Of a DNA stretch of 64,000 nt, positions 1 through 13,798 are shown one piece after another. Each line of letters opens with the position of its first letter. Position 1 is the stretch's first letter. The translations under genes and the position numbers were made by a program. The notes under the pieces are model-generated. The model was not told where the DNA came from and ran no database searches. It was given only the letters and a program-made list of their open reading frames with translations. This DNA comes from an uncultured Phycisphaerales bacterium. GTDB lineage: Bacteria; Planctomycetota; Phycisphaerae; Tepidisphaerales; Tepidisphaeraceae. Location: the NCBI GenBank assembly GCA_963844715.1, contig CAWJPJ010000008.1, positions 672,001 through 736,000 of the forward strand, written 5' to 3'.

Positions 1-799
1 TCGCCAGTCGCTGCAGGCTCGCGTGGCGATCCTGAAGGATCTGCACCCGCGCGATATGCTCGGAGAGCTGCGCCAGAAACGCCGCGGCAGCGACCCGATC
101 GGCGCTCGATGGAATCGCCAGATGAAGCGCCAGCGGCGCAATCGCCGGCCCCGCGGCGGAATTCATCGGCCCCGTCGGACGGTGCGTGATCACCGTGACG
201 TCGCCGCTGATTGGCGGACCTTGCGACTCCAGGGGCGTCGCGGACAAGCTCATCGGCGCCGGCAGCGTCGCGTTGATCCGCTTGATGATGAGGTCCACCG
301 ATTCCTGCGGATTCCTCATCAGCATCAGCGCATCCAGAACAATCTGCGTCAGAGGAATCGCGCTCCAGACGGAATCCGTAGAACCCGCCGCGGGAGCATC
401 GGCCGCGCACTTCGAGGCCGCGCCGGCAAGTCGCATCGGGGACGCGCTGAGCAATTCCACCAGTTCCGCCGCCGTGACCGGCGTCACCAGATAATCGTCG
501 CAGCCGAAATCCATCATCTTCTGCGACAAAGGCTCAAGGGTGGGATCACCGAAGAGGAGCAGCCGGCTGTCTCCGCTCAGCTCCCGCAGCGTTCGCACCG
601 CCGCCTCGGGGCGACGTTCCATCGGCTCGGCCGCGGCGAGAACGGTTGTGTATTGCTCGTGGCTCAGTTCCGCGATCGCGTCAAAAATCGTCGGCACCAT
701 CCGCACATGCGCGGCGGGAATCGCCTGCGCCAGGGCGGTATAGACCTGCCGATCCTCGTCCCCGATCAGCAAAACTCGTTCATGTGTGAGTCGCACCAT
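1..799 (-). CDS. Receiver-like domain signalling protein, partial (runs off the left edge); probably a diguanylate cyclase
   Basis: Hand-translated from ATG at 799: MVRLTHERVLLIGDEDRQVY...MMDFGCDDYLVTPV (REC-like). The frame stays open to base 1 and ends RHASLQRLA, a typical coiled-coil linker before a GGDEF domain. The GGDEF domain itself is not in the window. Confidence 0.6.
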   Translation of the reverse strand, partial: MVRLTHERVLLIGDEDRQVYTALAQAIPAAHVRMVPTIFDAIAELSHEQYTTVLAAAEPMERRPEAAVRTLRELSGDSRLLLFGDPTLEPLSQKMMDFGCDDYLVTPVTAAELVELLSASPMRLAGAASKCAADAPAAGSTDSVWSAIPLTQIVLDALMLMRNPQESVDLIIKRINATLPAPMSLSATPLESQGPPISGDVTVITHRPTGPMNSAAGPAIAPLALHLAIPSSADRVAAAAFLAQLSEHIARVQILQDRHASLQRLA

Positions 800-927
800 A
801 GAACTACAACCAAATGGCCGGACGAAGTAGCGTAAATCACGCCCGAGAAAAGGCAATCGCTTGTACGGAACTAAATTGCAGAAAACCCGTGAAGATGGGC
901 AAGAAAACCGCTTTAGCAGAGGGCCTG

Positions 928-3405
<2,478 letters not shown>

Positions 3406-3645
3406 TTTCCCTACTCCGCCGGTCCCGACCCTACCCTAGGAAATGCGCAAAATACGAGAGCCCGCCCGGCGATGCCTTTGTACACGGCAGACTACTCCGG
3501 CAGCATTCGCAATGTCAATAAAAATAGTAGAGAAAGAAGGCAATTTAACCGAGCCCTATATTCGAGTTCGCTTTCGCCCCGATCCGACCGGCAAAATGCG
3601 CAGGATTCGGCGCGCAAACCAGGAACACTTACTTGCGCCACGGCT

Positions 3646-4968
3646 CTACTCCCCAGGCGTGTTCAGCGAAAACCGCGTCCACGTCCCCGTCCCCAGGGTC
3701 CCGGTCATGCTCACGGCATTCGAATTCAGCACCGTGTATGTCCCGTGATCGGTCCGGCCGCCGTCGGCTTTCAGACTCCACATCGAATTGGCGAAGTCGA
3801 CGTGCCCAGCTTCGGATTGCGTCTTCCCATTGGTCGTTGCCGCGACGCAATACCGTCCGTCCGGATCAATCGACCAGACGAGCAGGGTGTTTCCCTGCGC
3901 GGAAGGAATATTGATTTGCCAGGTTCCCACGATCGCCGCATCGACCGTGGTCGGCTCATTCATCGAAGCGGAGAGGCGCGTCCAGATCGCCGTTCCCAGC
4001 GTGCTCGTGATCTGCACGTTATTCGAGTCCTGAATGGTGTACGTCCCCTGATCGGTGCGCCCGGCGTCGCTGCGAAGCTGCCAGTTATTTTTTCCGAACA
4101 TGGCGTGCCCGGTTTCGCCCGGCACCGTGGACGGCCCCGTGATGTTGAGCGCGTAATCGCCATCCGAGTGGATCAGCCAGTTGAAGACCACGTCGCCCGT
4201 GGGCGTGGGGAAGCGCGTCCGCCAGGTATCGACCATCACTGGATCAACCGTCGGTGCGTTCGCGACCGGCGTGAAGCCGCCGGGTTGAGTCGTCGCATTA
4301 TTTTGCCCAATCACCGGCGCGGGGATCGGCGCCGGCGGGGGGGTCGGCGCGGGAGTCGGGGTCGGAGCGGGGGACGGGGCCGGCGTCACCACCGCCGAAT
4401 TCTGCCGGCCGATCATCCTATAGACCGAAAATATCGCCACCGCGCCCACCGCAATGATCACCGCCGCGGCGATCCAAATTACCGCCGTCGCCTTGGCCGG
4501 AGAAGTCGCGATCGTCGGTGCCGGCCGCGGGCCCGGAGCAGGCCCAGGCGGTTCCTCCGCCGGTCCGTTCTGCAAAAGCGTTTTCGTTTTCGCCGCCAGA
4601 GTCTGCAAATGATTCTCCAGCGGCGTCGTGATCGCATCCAGCCAATGCACCGACCCCAGGTAATAATCCAGCGACTTATTCGGCAGGATATTCTCCACGC
4701 GAAACGGAATCACCAATCGGCCCGCCTCGAACGCATGCTGCAACTCGCGCTTCACCTGCGGTGATTCGTTCGCATGACTCGAAAAAACCAAAATAAAAAG
4801 CTTCGCCTCCTCGATGGCGTTCACCAGCGCCTCGCTCCAATCCGCCCCCGGCTGAATATCCCGCGGCGCAATCCAACACCGAATCCCCGCGGACTCGAGC
4901 GTCGCGCAAGCCGCGTCCGCGATCGGCTTGTCCTTCGTCGAATAACTGATGAAAACGTCGTGAGCCAT
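3646..4968 (-). CDS. TIR-domain (TIR_2-like) membrane protein with TM helix, Pro-rich stalk and two tandem beta-rich repeats
   Basis: DVFISYS..DK, CWIAPRDI.PG..W, S.QVKRE TIR motifs; hydrophobic segment VIWIAAAVIIAVGAVAIFSVY; two ~95 aa repeats. Confidence 0.88.
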   Translation of the reverse strand: MAHDVFISYSTKDKPIADAACATLESAGIRCWIAPRDIQPGADWSEALVNAIEEAKLFILVFSSHANESPQVKRELQHAFEAGRLVIPFRVENILPNKSLDYYLGSVHWLDAITTPLENHLQTLAAKTKTLLQNGPAEEPPGPAPGPRPAPTIATSPAKATAVIWIAAAVIIAVGAVAIFSVYRMIGRQNSAVVTPAPSPAPTPTPAPTPPPAPIPAPVIGQNNATTQPGGFTPVANAPTVDPVMVDTWRTRFPTPTGDVVFNWLIHSDGDYALNITGPSTVPGETGHAMFGKNNWQLRSDAGRTDQGTYTIQDSNNVQITSTLGTAIWTRLSASMNEPTTVDAAIVGTWQINIPSAQGNTLLVWSIDPDGRYCVAATTNGKTQSEAGHVDFANSMWSLKADGGRTDHGTYTVLNSNAVSMTGTLGTGTWTRFSLNTPGE

Positions 4969-5021
4969 TGAGCGAGGCAGAATACCAGCCCCCTAGGTCC
5001 GGAGCCAAAACATTTGTCTTA

Positions 5022-5134
5022 CTCCTCTGCCCATGTACTCATGGGGAGAGGCTGGGTGAGGGGCATTCTTCGAATTTCAAAATGCGCCCTCACCCGCGCC
5101 CGCCGTGCCGGAACTAAAGGCACGGGCGAGGGGG
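5022..5134. repeat. Inverted pair of family-A REP-like palindromes with no enclosed gene
   Basis: CTCCTCTGCCCATGTACTCATGGGGAGAGGCTGGGTGAGGG ... CCCTCACCCGCGCCCGCC...GGGCGAGGGG. Confidence 0.7.
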
Positions 5135-5943
5135 AAAACTGCACCGCGCCTGGCATTTCGGACAAAAGTGCGTCGACCGCCCCCCAAGCACGATCCTCGT
5201 AATCGCCGTCCCGCAAACGGAACATGGCTTGCCTGCGCGATCATAGACGCGATGGAGTTTTTGGAAGTCGCCGGAGTCGCCGTTGGCATCCCGATAATCG
5301 CGCAGCGTGCTTCCGCGGTGTCGTAGCGCCCGCCGCAGGACGACTTTGATCGCCCGAGTCAGCGCGGCGATCTGCGCAGCGCTCAATCGATCCGCCCGAA
5401 TCTTCGGATGAATCTTCGCGGCGAAAAGGGATTCATCGGCATAAATATTCCCCAGCCCCGCGATCAAAGATTGATCGAGCAGCGCCGTCTTAATCGCGCG
5501 CTTGGTTTTGGACAGGCGCTTAGCCAGTTCCCCCGCCCGAACCGTCAGCGGTTCAGGCCCCAGCCCCGTTTCCTCCGATTCAGTTTTCCCCAGCCAGAAA
5601 ATTCCCCCGAACCGGCGCGGGTCCGCGAAGCGAATCTCATCCTTCCCAAAGCTCAGCAGAAGATGCGTGTGAGAAATCCGAGGCGACCCAGGCGATTCAA
5701 CCGTCAACCGCCCCGTCATCCCCAGATGAATGAAAAATCGATTCCCATCATCAAGCAAAAAAACAATCTTCTTCCCCCGCCGGGCGATAGACGAGATAAC
5801 TCTCCCCGCGAGAAGCCTGCCAATATCCGTCCCGACAGGCTCAACAATATCCGCCGCAAAAGCTCCACTCCCACCACCCGCCTCCCCGCAATCCGCGGCG
5901 AAAGCGTCCGCACCACAGTCTCCACTTCCGGCAATTCAGGCAT
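5114..5943 (-). CDS. mutM: Formamidopyrimidine-DNA glycosylase (frameshifts in the 5' third)
   Basis: MPELPEVET start; HLGMTG; DPRRFG; LLDQ..IAGLGNIYADE; C-terminal CxxC...CxxC zinc finger. Confidence 0.95.
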
Positions 5944-5957
5944 AAGAAACTTTCTTG

Positions 5958-5997
5958 TCCCCTCTCCCTGTACTCAGGGAGAGGGTTAGGGTGAGGG
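5958..5997 (+). repeat. Family-A REP-like palindrome, left flank of the DUF559 gene
   Basis: CCCTCTCCCTG-TACT-CAGGGAGAGGG-TTAGGGTGAGGG; contains the DUF559 stop codon. Confidence 0.85.
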
Positions 5998-6363
5998 TCG
6001 AACCTGAGTCAGCTCTCGAATAATAGTCCTAAGCACCGCGTCAGGATCCTTCATCACGTCATCATTCGGCACGCGCAAGACTCGCAAGCCGAGCTGCTCC
6101 AATTGGCGCGTTCGTTCCGCGTCTTTGACTAAGCCCGATTCGTCGCCATGTTGTCCACCGTCCAACTCAATTACAAGATTTTCCTTAAGGCAAACAAAGT
6201 CCACGACGTAACCTGCGATCGGATGCTGCCGGCGAAAACGAAAGCTTGCCATTTGGCCGCTCCGCAGAAGCGCCCACAACTTCCGCTCTGCCTCCGTGGA
6301 ATCTCTCCGAAGGCGCTTGGCTATTCCAGTCATTCGCGGACGGTGATCATGCCGGCCTAACAT
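5986..6363 (-). CDS. DUF559 / Vsr-like endonuclease
   Basis: AKRLRRDSTEAERKLW..LR, FRRQHPIAGYVVDF, LVIELDGGQH, D..R...L...G.RVLR motifs. The long upstream extension in the ORF track is antisense to moxR. Confidence 0.9.
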   Translation of the reverse strand: MLGRHDHRPRMTGIAKRLRRDSTEAERKLWALLRSGQMASFRFRRQHPIAGYVVDFVCLKENLVIELDGGQHGDESGLVKDAERTRQLEQLGLRVLRVPNDDVMKDPDAVLRTIIRELTQVRPSP

Positions 6364-6401
6364 GTAATATAGAATCCCGCGCGGTTGGAACCCGTCAAGA
6401 A

Positions 6402-6440
6402 CCCTCACCCCTGCCCTCTCCCTGGGTACAGGGAGAGGGA
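6402..6440 (-). repeat. Family-A REP-like palindrome, right flank of the DUF559 gene, inverted relative to 5958-5997
   Basis: CCCTCACCCCTGCCCTCTCCCTGGGTACAGGGAGAGGG. Confidence 0.85.
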
Positions 6441-6545
6441 GTAAAATCCCGCAAATCTGCAACTTTCGCCCCTCCGTCGGCGTCCATTGGATTGTTGGAC
6501 CGGCGCGGCAATAATACTCACGGATCGGCGATACGCCCTTTGCTT

Positions 6546-6638
6546 CCCTCTCCCCGTCCTCCGCTAGTTTCCCCAGGACGGGCAATGGGTTCCTCTTATC
6601 CCCTCTCCATGTACTCAGGGAGAGGGTTAGGGTGAGGG
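6546..6638 (+). repeat. Two more family-A copies upstream of moxR (one variant core, one canonical)
   Basis: CCCTCTCCCCGTCCTCCGCTAGTTTCCCCAGGACGGG and CCCTCTCCATGTACTCAGGGAGAGGGTTAGGGTGAGGG. Confidence 0.75.
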
Positions 6639-6712
6639 TCGAGCGCAAGTGCGCCCTCGGTTTCCCCAGGACCAGTGACGGTCGACGGCTTCGTTGTGCA
6701 GGAGTATAGAAA

Positions 6713-7802
6713 ATGACTGACCAGATCGGAGTCGTTGAACCCCAGGCCGGTGATCTTGCGGCCGAGGAACTTGCCGCGGTTGAAAAACTCCAGGGCGGGT
6801 ACAAGGAACTCAAAAGCGAACTCGGCAAAGTCATCGTTGGGCAGGACGCCGTCATTGAAGAATTGCTCATCGCTCTCTTCTGCCGGGGGCACGTCCTGCT
6901 CGTCGGCGTCCCTGGTCTGGCCAAAACGCTCCTCATCTCGACACTCTCCCGCACGCTCGGCCTGAGCTTTAATCGCATCCAGTTCACCCCCGACCTCATG
7001 CCCGCCGACATCACCGGCACCGAGGTTATCGAGGAAGACAAGACCACCGGCGGGCGGCAGATGCGCTTTGTTCGCGGGCCGATTTTCGCCAATGTCATCC
7101 TTGCCGACGAAATCAACCGCACGCCTCCCAAAACGCAGGCGGCTCTGCTCGAAGCCATGCAGGAGAACCAGGTCACCGCGGGGGGAAATCAGCATCGGCT
7201 TCCGCAGCCGTTCTTTGTGCTGGCGACGCAAAACCCCATCGAGCAGGAGGGGACCTATCCCCTGCCCGAAGCGCAACTCGACCGCTTCATGTTCAACGTG
7301 CAGGTCGGCTACCCAAGCGAGCAGGAGGAGTTCCAGATCGTCCGCCTGACGACAGCGGGCCAGCGCGCCGAACTGCATCATGTTCTCAGCGGCGACGAAA
7401 TCCTCCAGCTCCAGGAAATCGTGCGCAAAGTCCCCGTCGCCGATCACGTGATCAAGTATGCGTTGCAATTCAGCCGCCTGACTCGCCGCGGCGAACCCGG
7501 CTGCCCGGATTTCGTCAACGAATTCGTAGGCTGGGGCGCCGGCCCGCGCGCAGCCAATACCTCGTCCTCGCCGGAAAGGCCCGCGCCCTCCTCAAAGGCC
7601 GCTACCACGTCAGCACCGAAGACATCCGCCAGGTTGCGCTGCCCGTTTTGCGTCATCGCATCGTCACCAACTTCAACGCCGAGGCCGAGGGGGTCAAAAG
7701 CGATCAGCTTGTCAAAAAACTGATCGAGTTTATTCCGCGGCAGCAATACGACGAAAAAGACAGCTCGGCAGCGAAGCTGATCAAGGGCGCCCGGCGGCGT
7801 GA
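6713..7802 (+). CDS. MoxR-family AAA+ ATPase (frameshift near 7550; 3' end approximate)
   Basis: [61 protein letters not shown] in the next frame. Confidence 0.93.
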
Positions 7803-7813
7803 GGGGAGTCGCC

Positions 7814-8736
7814 ATGTCCGAAACCAACACCGATTACCGCAAATACCTCCAGCCGCGCACGCTTGCCCGCATCTCTGCCCTCGATTTGCGGGCCCGTCTC
7901 ATCGTCGAAGGCCTCATGGCCGGGATGCACCGCTCCCCATACCAGGGAATCTCCATCGAATTCGCCCAGCATCGCCCCTACGTCCCCGGCGACGACATTC
8001 GCCACGTCGATTGGAAAGTCTTCGGCAAGACCGACAAAATCTATCTCAAGCAATATCTCGAGGAAACCAATCTCCATCTCATCTGCGTCGTCGATGCCAG
8101 CGAATCCATGGGCTACGGCTCGATCGTCGAGGGGGCCGACAAATGGACCAAATACGATCACGCGACCGCCATCGCGGCCTCCCTCTCTTACATGGCCGTC
8201 CAGCAGCAGGATTCCGTCGGGTTGGCGATTTTCGATAGCGAGCTGCGGCGCTTCTTCAAGCCGAGTAATTCCCCGGCCCAGTGGAAACTCGTCACCCGCG
8301 AACTCACTCTCGTTCCGCGCTAAAAAAGACCAGCACGGGCCGCGTGCTTGATCAGCTTGCCGAAAAACTCACGCATCGCAGCCTGGTCGTCCTTCTCAGC
8401 GATTTCTTTGACGATTCGGATTCGCTTCAACAAGGCCTGCGCCATCTGCGCTATCGCAAGCACGAAGTGATGGCCTTCCAAATCCTCGATCCCATGGAAA
8501 TCGAATTCCCCTTCGAGGATGTGACGCTCTTCAAGGGCCTGGAAGGCGGCGGCGAACTGCTCACCGAGCCGCGCAGTCTTCGCGAGGGATATCTGGCGGA
8601 ACTGGCGGAATTCACCCACAGCCTGAAGCAGATGTGCCGGGGCATGCACATCGACTTTACGCGAATGAACAGCGGCGAGCCGCTCGATGTCTCCCTCAGC
8701 GCGTTCCTGGCAACGCGATCGGCGAGTATCACGTGA
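7814..8736 (+). CDS. DUF58 domain protein (frameshift near 8320)
   Basis: [46 protein letters not shown]. Confidence 0.92.
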
Positions 8737-8743
8737 TCGGCAA

Positions 8744-10955
8744 ATGATGTTGGCGATCCTCTTTGTTTCCCCCGCATTTTTCGCGGCCGGGCGCTGCCTC
8801 GCCGCGGTTCCCATCCTCATCCACATCCTCAACCGCCGCCGGTTCAAGGAAGTCCAATGGGCCGCCATGGATTTCCTGCTGCGAGCCATGCGCAGAAACC
8901 GCCGCAGATTGCGATTCGAACAGCTTCTCCTCCTGGCGACGCGCTGCGCCCTGGTGCTGCTCCTCGGACTCGCCCTGGCCCGCCCGCTGGGTTGCCAATC
9001 CAACAGCCTCGCGCAATTGGCCGCCACGCGCACAGGCTTGCATGTACTCGTCATCGACAACAGCTATCCCATGTCCTACGCCACCGATCCGCAGGGCGAC
9101 CGCACACAGCTCGATCGTGCCAAGTCCCTCGCGCGCGACATCCTCTCCCGCCTCAGCAGCGGGGGGGAATCCGTGGCGATCGTCACCGCCTCGCGCCCTG
9201 CGCGGGCGATCATCGCGACGCCCACCTATGACCTCCGCGCCGCCGCGGCGGCGGTCGATCGCATCGAGCAAACCAGCGCCGGCTCGGACGAAGCCGGCGC
9301 CCTGGCTCTCGCCCGCGACATCGGCGCCGCCTCCTCCGATCAACCCAACAAGAATCTATATCTCATCGATGCCTCGCGCCGCGCCGCGTGGGAGCGCGAC
9401 GCCGACGCCCTCGTGCAAACCGCCCGCCAGCTTTCGATGATCTATAAATCCGGCATCGAGCACTTCGACGTCGGCGCGCCCTGGCCAATGGAACGATGCC
9501 GTAGTCGAGATCAAACCCGCCGACCCCCTGGTCACCGATCGCTTCGCCGCTGATTTCGTGGCCGATGTCCGCGGCTTCGGCCCCGGCGCGGGCGAGGCAA
9601 AACTAACCTGGACCCTCGACGGCCAGCCCATGCCCGCCGCCGCAAGCACCCTCACGCCCGCCGCCGCCCCAGCGCCAGTCACATTCACCCTCGCTTCCCT
9701 CGCCGGGGGAATCCACGTCATCTCCGCCTCCGTCGCCGGCGGCGATCCTCTGCGAATCGACGACTCCCGCTCGCGCGTCGTCAACGTCGTCAGCCAGCTT
9801 AAAGTCCTGATCGTCGAAGGCGAACGCGGCGTCGGCGGCCTTGGCTCCAGCGGCGCGTTCCTGGACACCGCCCTCAATCCCGCCGGCACCGAGGGCGCCA
9901 AATCCGACAGCTACATCGCCACCGAACGCATCAGCGATCTGGAACTCCCGAATCGGGTCTTCTCCGACTACCGCTGCATCTGTCTCTGCGGCGTGGGCGA
10001 AATTCAGGAAAACGTCGCGGCTGATCTGGAAAAATTCGTCCGCGCCGGCGGAACCCTCATGATCTTCATGGGCGATCCCGTCACCGCCGAGAATTACAAC
10101 GCCACCCTCTATAAACATCATCTCCTCCCCGGCCCCCTCTCGCGCCGCGTCAGCGTCGGCCCCGACGCTCCGCCCATCCATTTCGCATTCGATCCCAACG
10201 GCCTGCTCAATCCCCTCCTCGAGGATTTCCGCGGCCACCAGGACACCGGCATGGAAGCCGCGGAAATTTACACCTATTGGCAAATCGATCTCCCCCCCGA
10301 TTCCAAAGCCGAGCGCGTTCTCGATTTTCGCCCGCCCGAGGGCTCCAAAAATTCACCGCCCGATCCCGCGATCACCGTCCACTCCCTGGGCGCCGGCCGC
10401 GTCGTCTACTACGCCACCAGCGCCGACCCCAATTCCGAGTGGACCACCTTCATGGCTCACCAGGCCTATCCCGCCCTCATGCACATGCTCGTCCTCGGCA
10501 CCGTCAACAGCGGCGATGAGTGGATGAACCTGGCCGTCGGGCAGAGTGTAACCGTCCCCGCAAACGTCAAAATGACCGCCGCCCCGATCCTGCGCGACGC
10601 CGAGCAAACCGAATATCCGCTCCAGCAGTCCGTTGACGACGAGGGCCAGACCGTTTATCGAAGCCTCCCCATCCAGAAGCCGGGCATTTATTCCCTTTCG
10701 ACCGGCGCCGACAATTTTAAAATCGCCGCAAATCTCCCCTCGGACGAAGCCGACGTTCGCCAGATCGACGACGCCGGACTCAAAGCCATGCTCGGCGACA
10801 TCGACATCCGCATGGAAGGCGACTCCCTTCCCCCCGCCGCCGAACAATCTCAACCGGAAAAAGATTTAGGCTGGAGCGTCATGCTAGCCGTCCTGGCCCT
10901 GGCGGCAGGAGAATGCGTCATGGCCATGAGATTCGGACATCATCGAAGGAATTAA
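8744..10955 (+). CDS. BatA N-terminal + vWA domain membrane protein (frameshift near 9480)
   Basis: PILIHILNRRR...WAAMDFL...LARP (BatA); VIDNSYPM (MIDAS-like); C-terminal TM ending in E..MA. Confidence 0.85.
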
Positions 10956-10990
10956 GATGAGCGTTCGATTTCGGAAAATACTCGCGACAA

Positions 10991-11235
10991 CCTCCTCCCC
11001 CGGTAATCCGGGGGAGGAAAGAGGAAGGGGTTCAGGACGAAGTCGCGAACCTTTGCTGGCGATTTCCAAATTTGCCTTTTTCCCTGGACGGTTAGGGGAA
11101 GGAAAAGAGGGTGGAGGGGGTGCGGGGGAGAATTCCGCCAGTTTCCGCAGGACGGGGCCGTATGGTTTTTCTCCCGCCTCCCCTGCATTGTATTTGAATT
11201 TGCATTTCGTCTTTCACCGAGCGCCAACTTGCACT
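10991..11235. repeat. Composite intergenic element: REP-like hairpin plus one arm of the large element at 20.6-20.9 kb
   Basis: CCTCCCCCGG-TAAT-CCGGGGGAGG hairpin; GGACGGTTAGGGGAAGG...TGCATTGTATTT...TTTGCATTTC...GCGCC aligns with 20783-20900. Confidence 0.6.
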
Positions 11236-11295
11236 CGATATCACGAAACGTTGCGCCGTCACTACAACGCCAGAGGAGCAGGCTTTTAAACATTC

Positions 11296-13680
11296 ATGCA
11301 ACGCCTCCTCGAAATCCTCCTCGGCCTCAAACCCGGCTTCCTTGCCCAGGAAGGCCATGTCTCCATCCAGTTCAATCCCACCTGGCCCTGGCAACAATAC
11401 ATCGGCGGCGCGGCCCTCTGGAATCTCGCCCTCATCGCCGCCGGAATCGCACTGATCGTTTACGTCTATCGCCGCGAAGGCAAATCCCGCGGGGCTCGCA
11501 TCTTTCTCGGAATCCTGCGCGGCTCACTTCTTGCCCTGATCCTCGTGCTCCTCAATCGCCCGCTCCTCACGCTCAGCCAGATGCACCGCGATCCATCCGT
11601 CGTCGCGATCCTGGTCGACGACAGCGCGAGCATGAAGATCAAGGACGTTCCCGAAACCGACGGGCAATCGCATTCCCGCCTCGACGCCGTGAAAGACCTC
11701 CTCAACAACGGCCTGCTGCGCCGCCTCTCCGCGGTGCACGACATTCGCCTCTACGACTTCAGCCGGGGCCCGCACGCCATTTCCGATGTCGCGGATCTCC
11801 AGCCGATCGGCCAGGAGACGCAGGTCACCACCTCCGTTCGATCCGTTCTGGAGGATTTACAAGGCCAGCGCCTCGCGGGAGTGGTCATCTTCAGCGACGG
11901 CCGCGAAACCCCCGCCAGCGCCCGCGCGACGAGGTGCAGGCCGTCAAAGCATTCGGCGTCAAAATCTATCCCGTTCCGATCGGCTCCGATCAAATGCCGC
12001 GCAATATCGCCGTCCAATCCGTCAACTTCGAGCCCGCCGCTTTCGTCGACGACGTGACCGATTTCAAAATCACCCTTCGCGCCACCGGCTACGAGCCGAA
12101 CCATCCGATCGTCCTCAGCCTGATGAGGGAGATCACCGAGGACGGCAAAATCCTCGCGCGTTCCCGTAAAGGACGACATGGGCCACGACATTTCCAAAAC
12201 GGTCATCGCCCCCGACTCCCAGCCCTTCGAAGCCGAACTGCAATACAAACCCACGACCGCTGACATGCCCAACGCCAATCTCGTCGTCGAAGCCGTCCCG
12301 CAGCCGGGCGAAATCGACGAAACCGACAACTTTCGCAAGGTTCAGCTTGCCGTCCTCGACGACAAAATCTCCGTCCTCTACGTCGACGGCTATCCCCGCT
12401 GGGACTACCGCTATCTCAAGAATTCCATGCTTCGCGATCGCACCGTCAAGATCAGTTGCCTGCTCACCAGCGCCGACCCGAATTTCCGCCAGGAAGGCAG
12501 CGACGACCCGTCGCGTCCCGGCGGCACCTGGGCCATCACCGCCTTCCCCAGCAGCATCGACCAGCTCATGGACTACGATGTCATTGTCCTTGGCGACGTT
12601 GACCCGCGCCAATTCACCGATGCCCAGCTCCAGCTCATCAGCGACTTCGTCAGCAAAAAAGGAGGCGGCTTCGCCATGGTCGCCGGCCCGCGCTGGTCCC
12701 CGCAGGCGTATCGCCAAACGCCCATCGAGCCGGTACTGCCGGTAAATATTTCTCACGTCGAACCTGACGACTCGACGACATCCATCACCGAAGGCTTCCG
12801 CCCCGTCATCACCGCCGCCGGCGCGGAGACCTCCATTTTCCGATTCTTCGCCGACCCCGCTTCCAACGACGAGTTTCTGAAAAATCATCTCCAGGAAATT
12901 TTCTGGTATTGCCATGGCGTGACCGCCAAGCCCGGCGTCGGGATCGTCTACGCCGAGCATCCCACCGATCTCGGCCCCGACAATCGCAAGGCGCCGCTTC
13001 TGGTCGCCGGCCGATTCGGCGCGGGCCGCACCCTGTTCTCCGCCATCGACGATTCCTGGCGCTGGCGCTTCTATACCGGCGAATCCGTTTTCAATACCTA
13101 TTGGGTGCAGCAACTCAGATATCTGGCCCGAGGCCGCAAACTCGGCCAGCGCGGCCTCATCTTCACCAGCGACGAGGACTCCTACGAACTGGGCCGTCAG
13201 GTGGCACTGCGCGTGCGGCTATTATCGCCCGATCTCATCCAGCAGGCCCCCGACCCCCTCCCCGTGCAAATTATCGACGATGCCACTGGCCAGACCGTCC
13301 GCCAGGTGCAATTGAGCCGCCAGGGGATGGCAACCGATGTATTTACCGGCTCCTATACAGCCGACCGCGCGGGCGCTTTTTCGGCCAAATTAATGCAATT
13401 GGGAAATGCCGCCTCCTTTGCGTCGTATAATGTGCAGATGCCGCAGTTGGAATTGGACGACCCGCGGGTGGATGTTGCGGGCCTCAGCCGATTAGGCGGC
13501 GAAGAACCGATCCCGTTCGACCAGGCGGGCGCGAGGCTGCCCGCCATCATCCATAGCGCCGCTCGCGTCTTCCCGATCGAGGCCACCCAGCCCCTCTGGA
13601 ACGCTCCGCTCGCGCTAATACTCTTTGCGATCCTCATCACCACTGAATGGATCGCCAGGAAGATGCTCGGCATGTTGTAA
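11296..13680 (+). CDS. Membrane protein with vWA and class-I glutamine amidotransferase-like domains (frameshifts near 11925 and 12160)
   Basis: N-terminal TMs; LVDDSASM and FSDG MIDAS elements; VLYVDGYPRWDYRYL; YDVIVLGD; GGGFAMVAG; D.WRWR; C-terminal EW..RK. Confidence 0.8.
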
Positions 13681-13713
13681 GACGGACGCCATTCGCCTGC
13701 GCGCCCATTTTTA

Positions 13714-13783
13714 CCCCCGCCCCCGGCACTCCGGGGGAGGGCAGGGGAGGGGGCCCGCGTGCGATTAAAGGACGATCCGTAAA
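13714..13783 (+). repeat. Family-A-related REP with tail GCGATT...ACGATCCGTAAA shared with 24116-24185
   Basis: CCCCCGG-CACT-CCGGGGG-AGGGCAGGGGAGGGGG ... GCGATTAAAGGACGATCCGTAAA. Confidence 0.65.
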
Positions 13784-13798
13784 CGAAGGACCGGAAGT

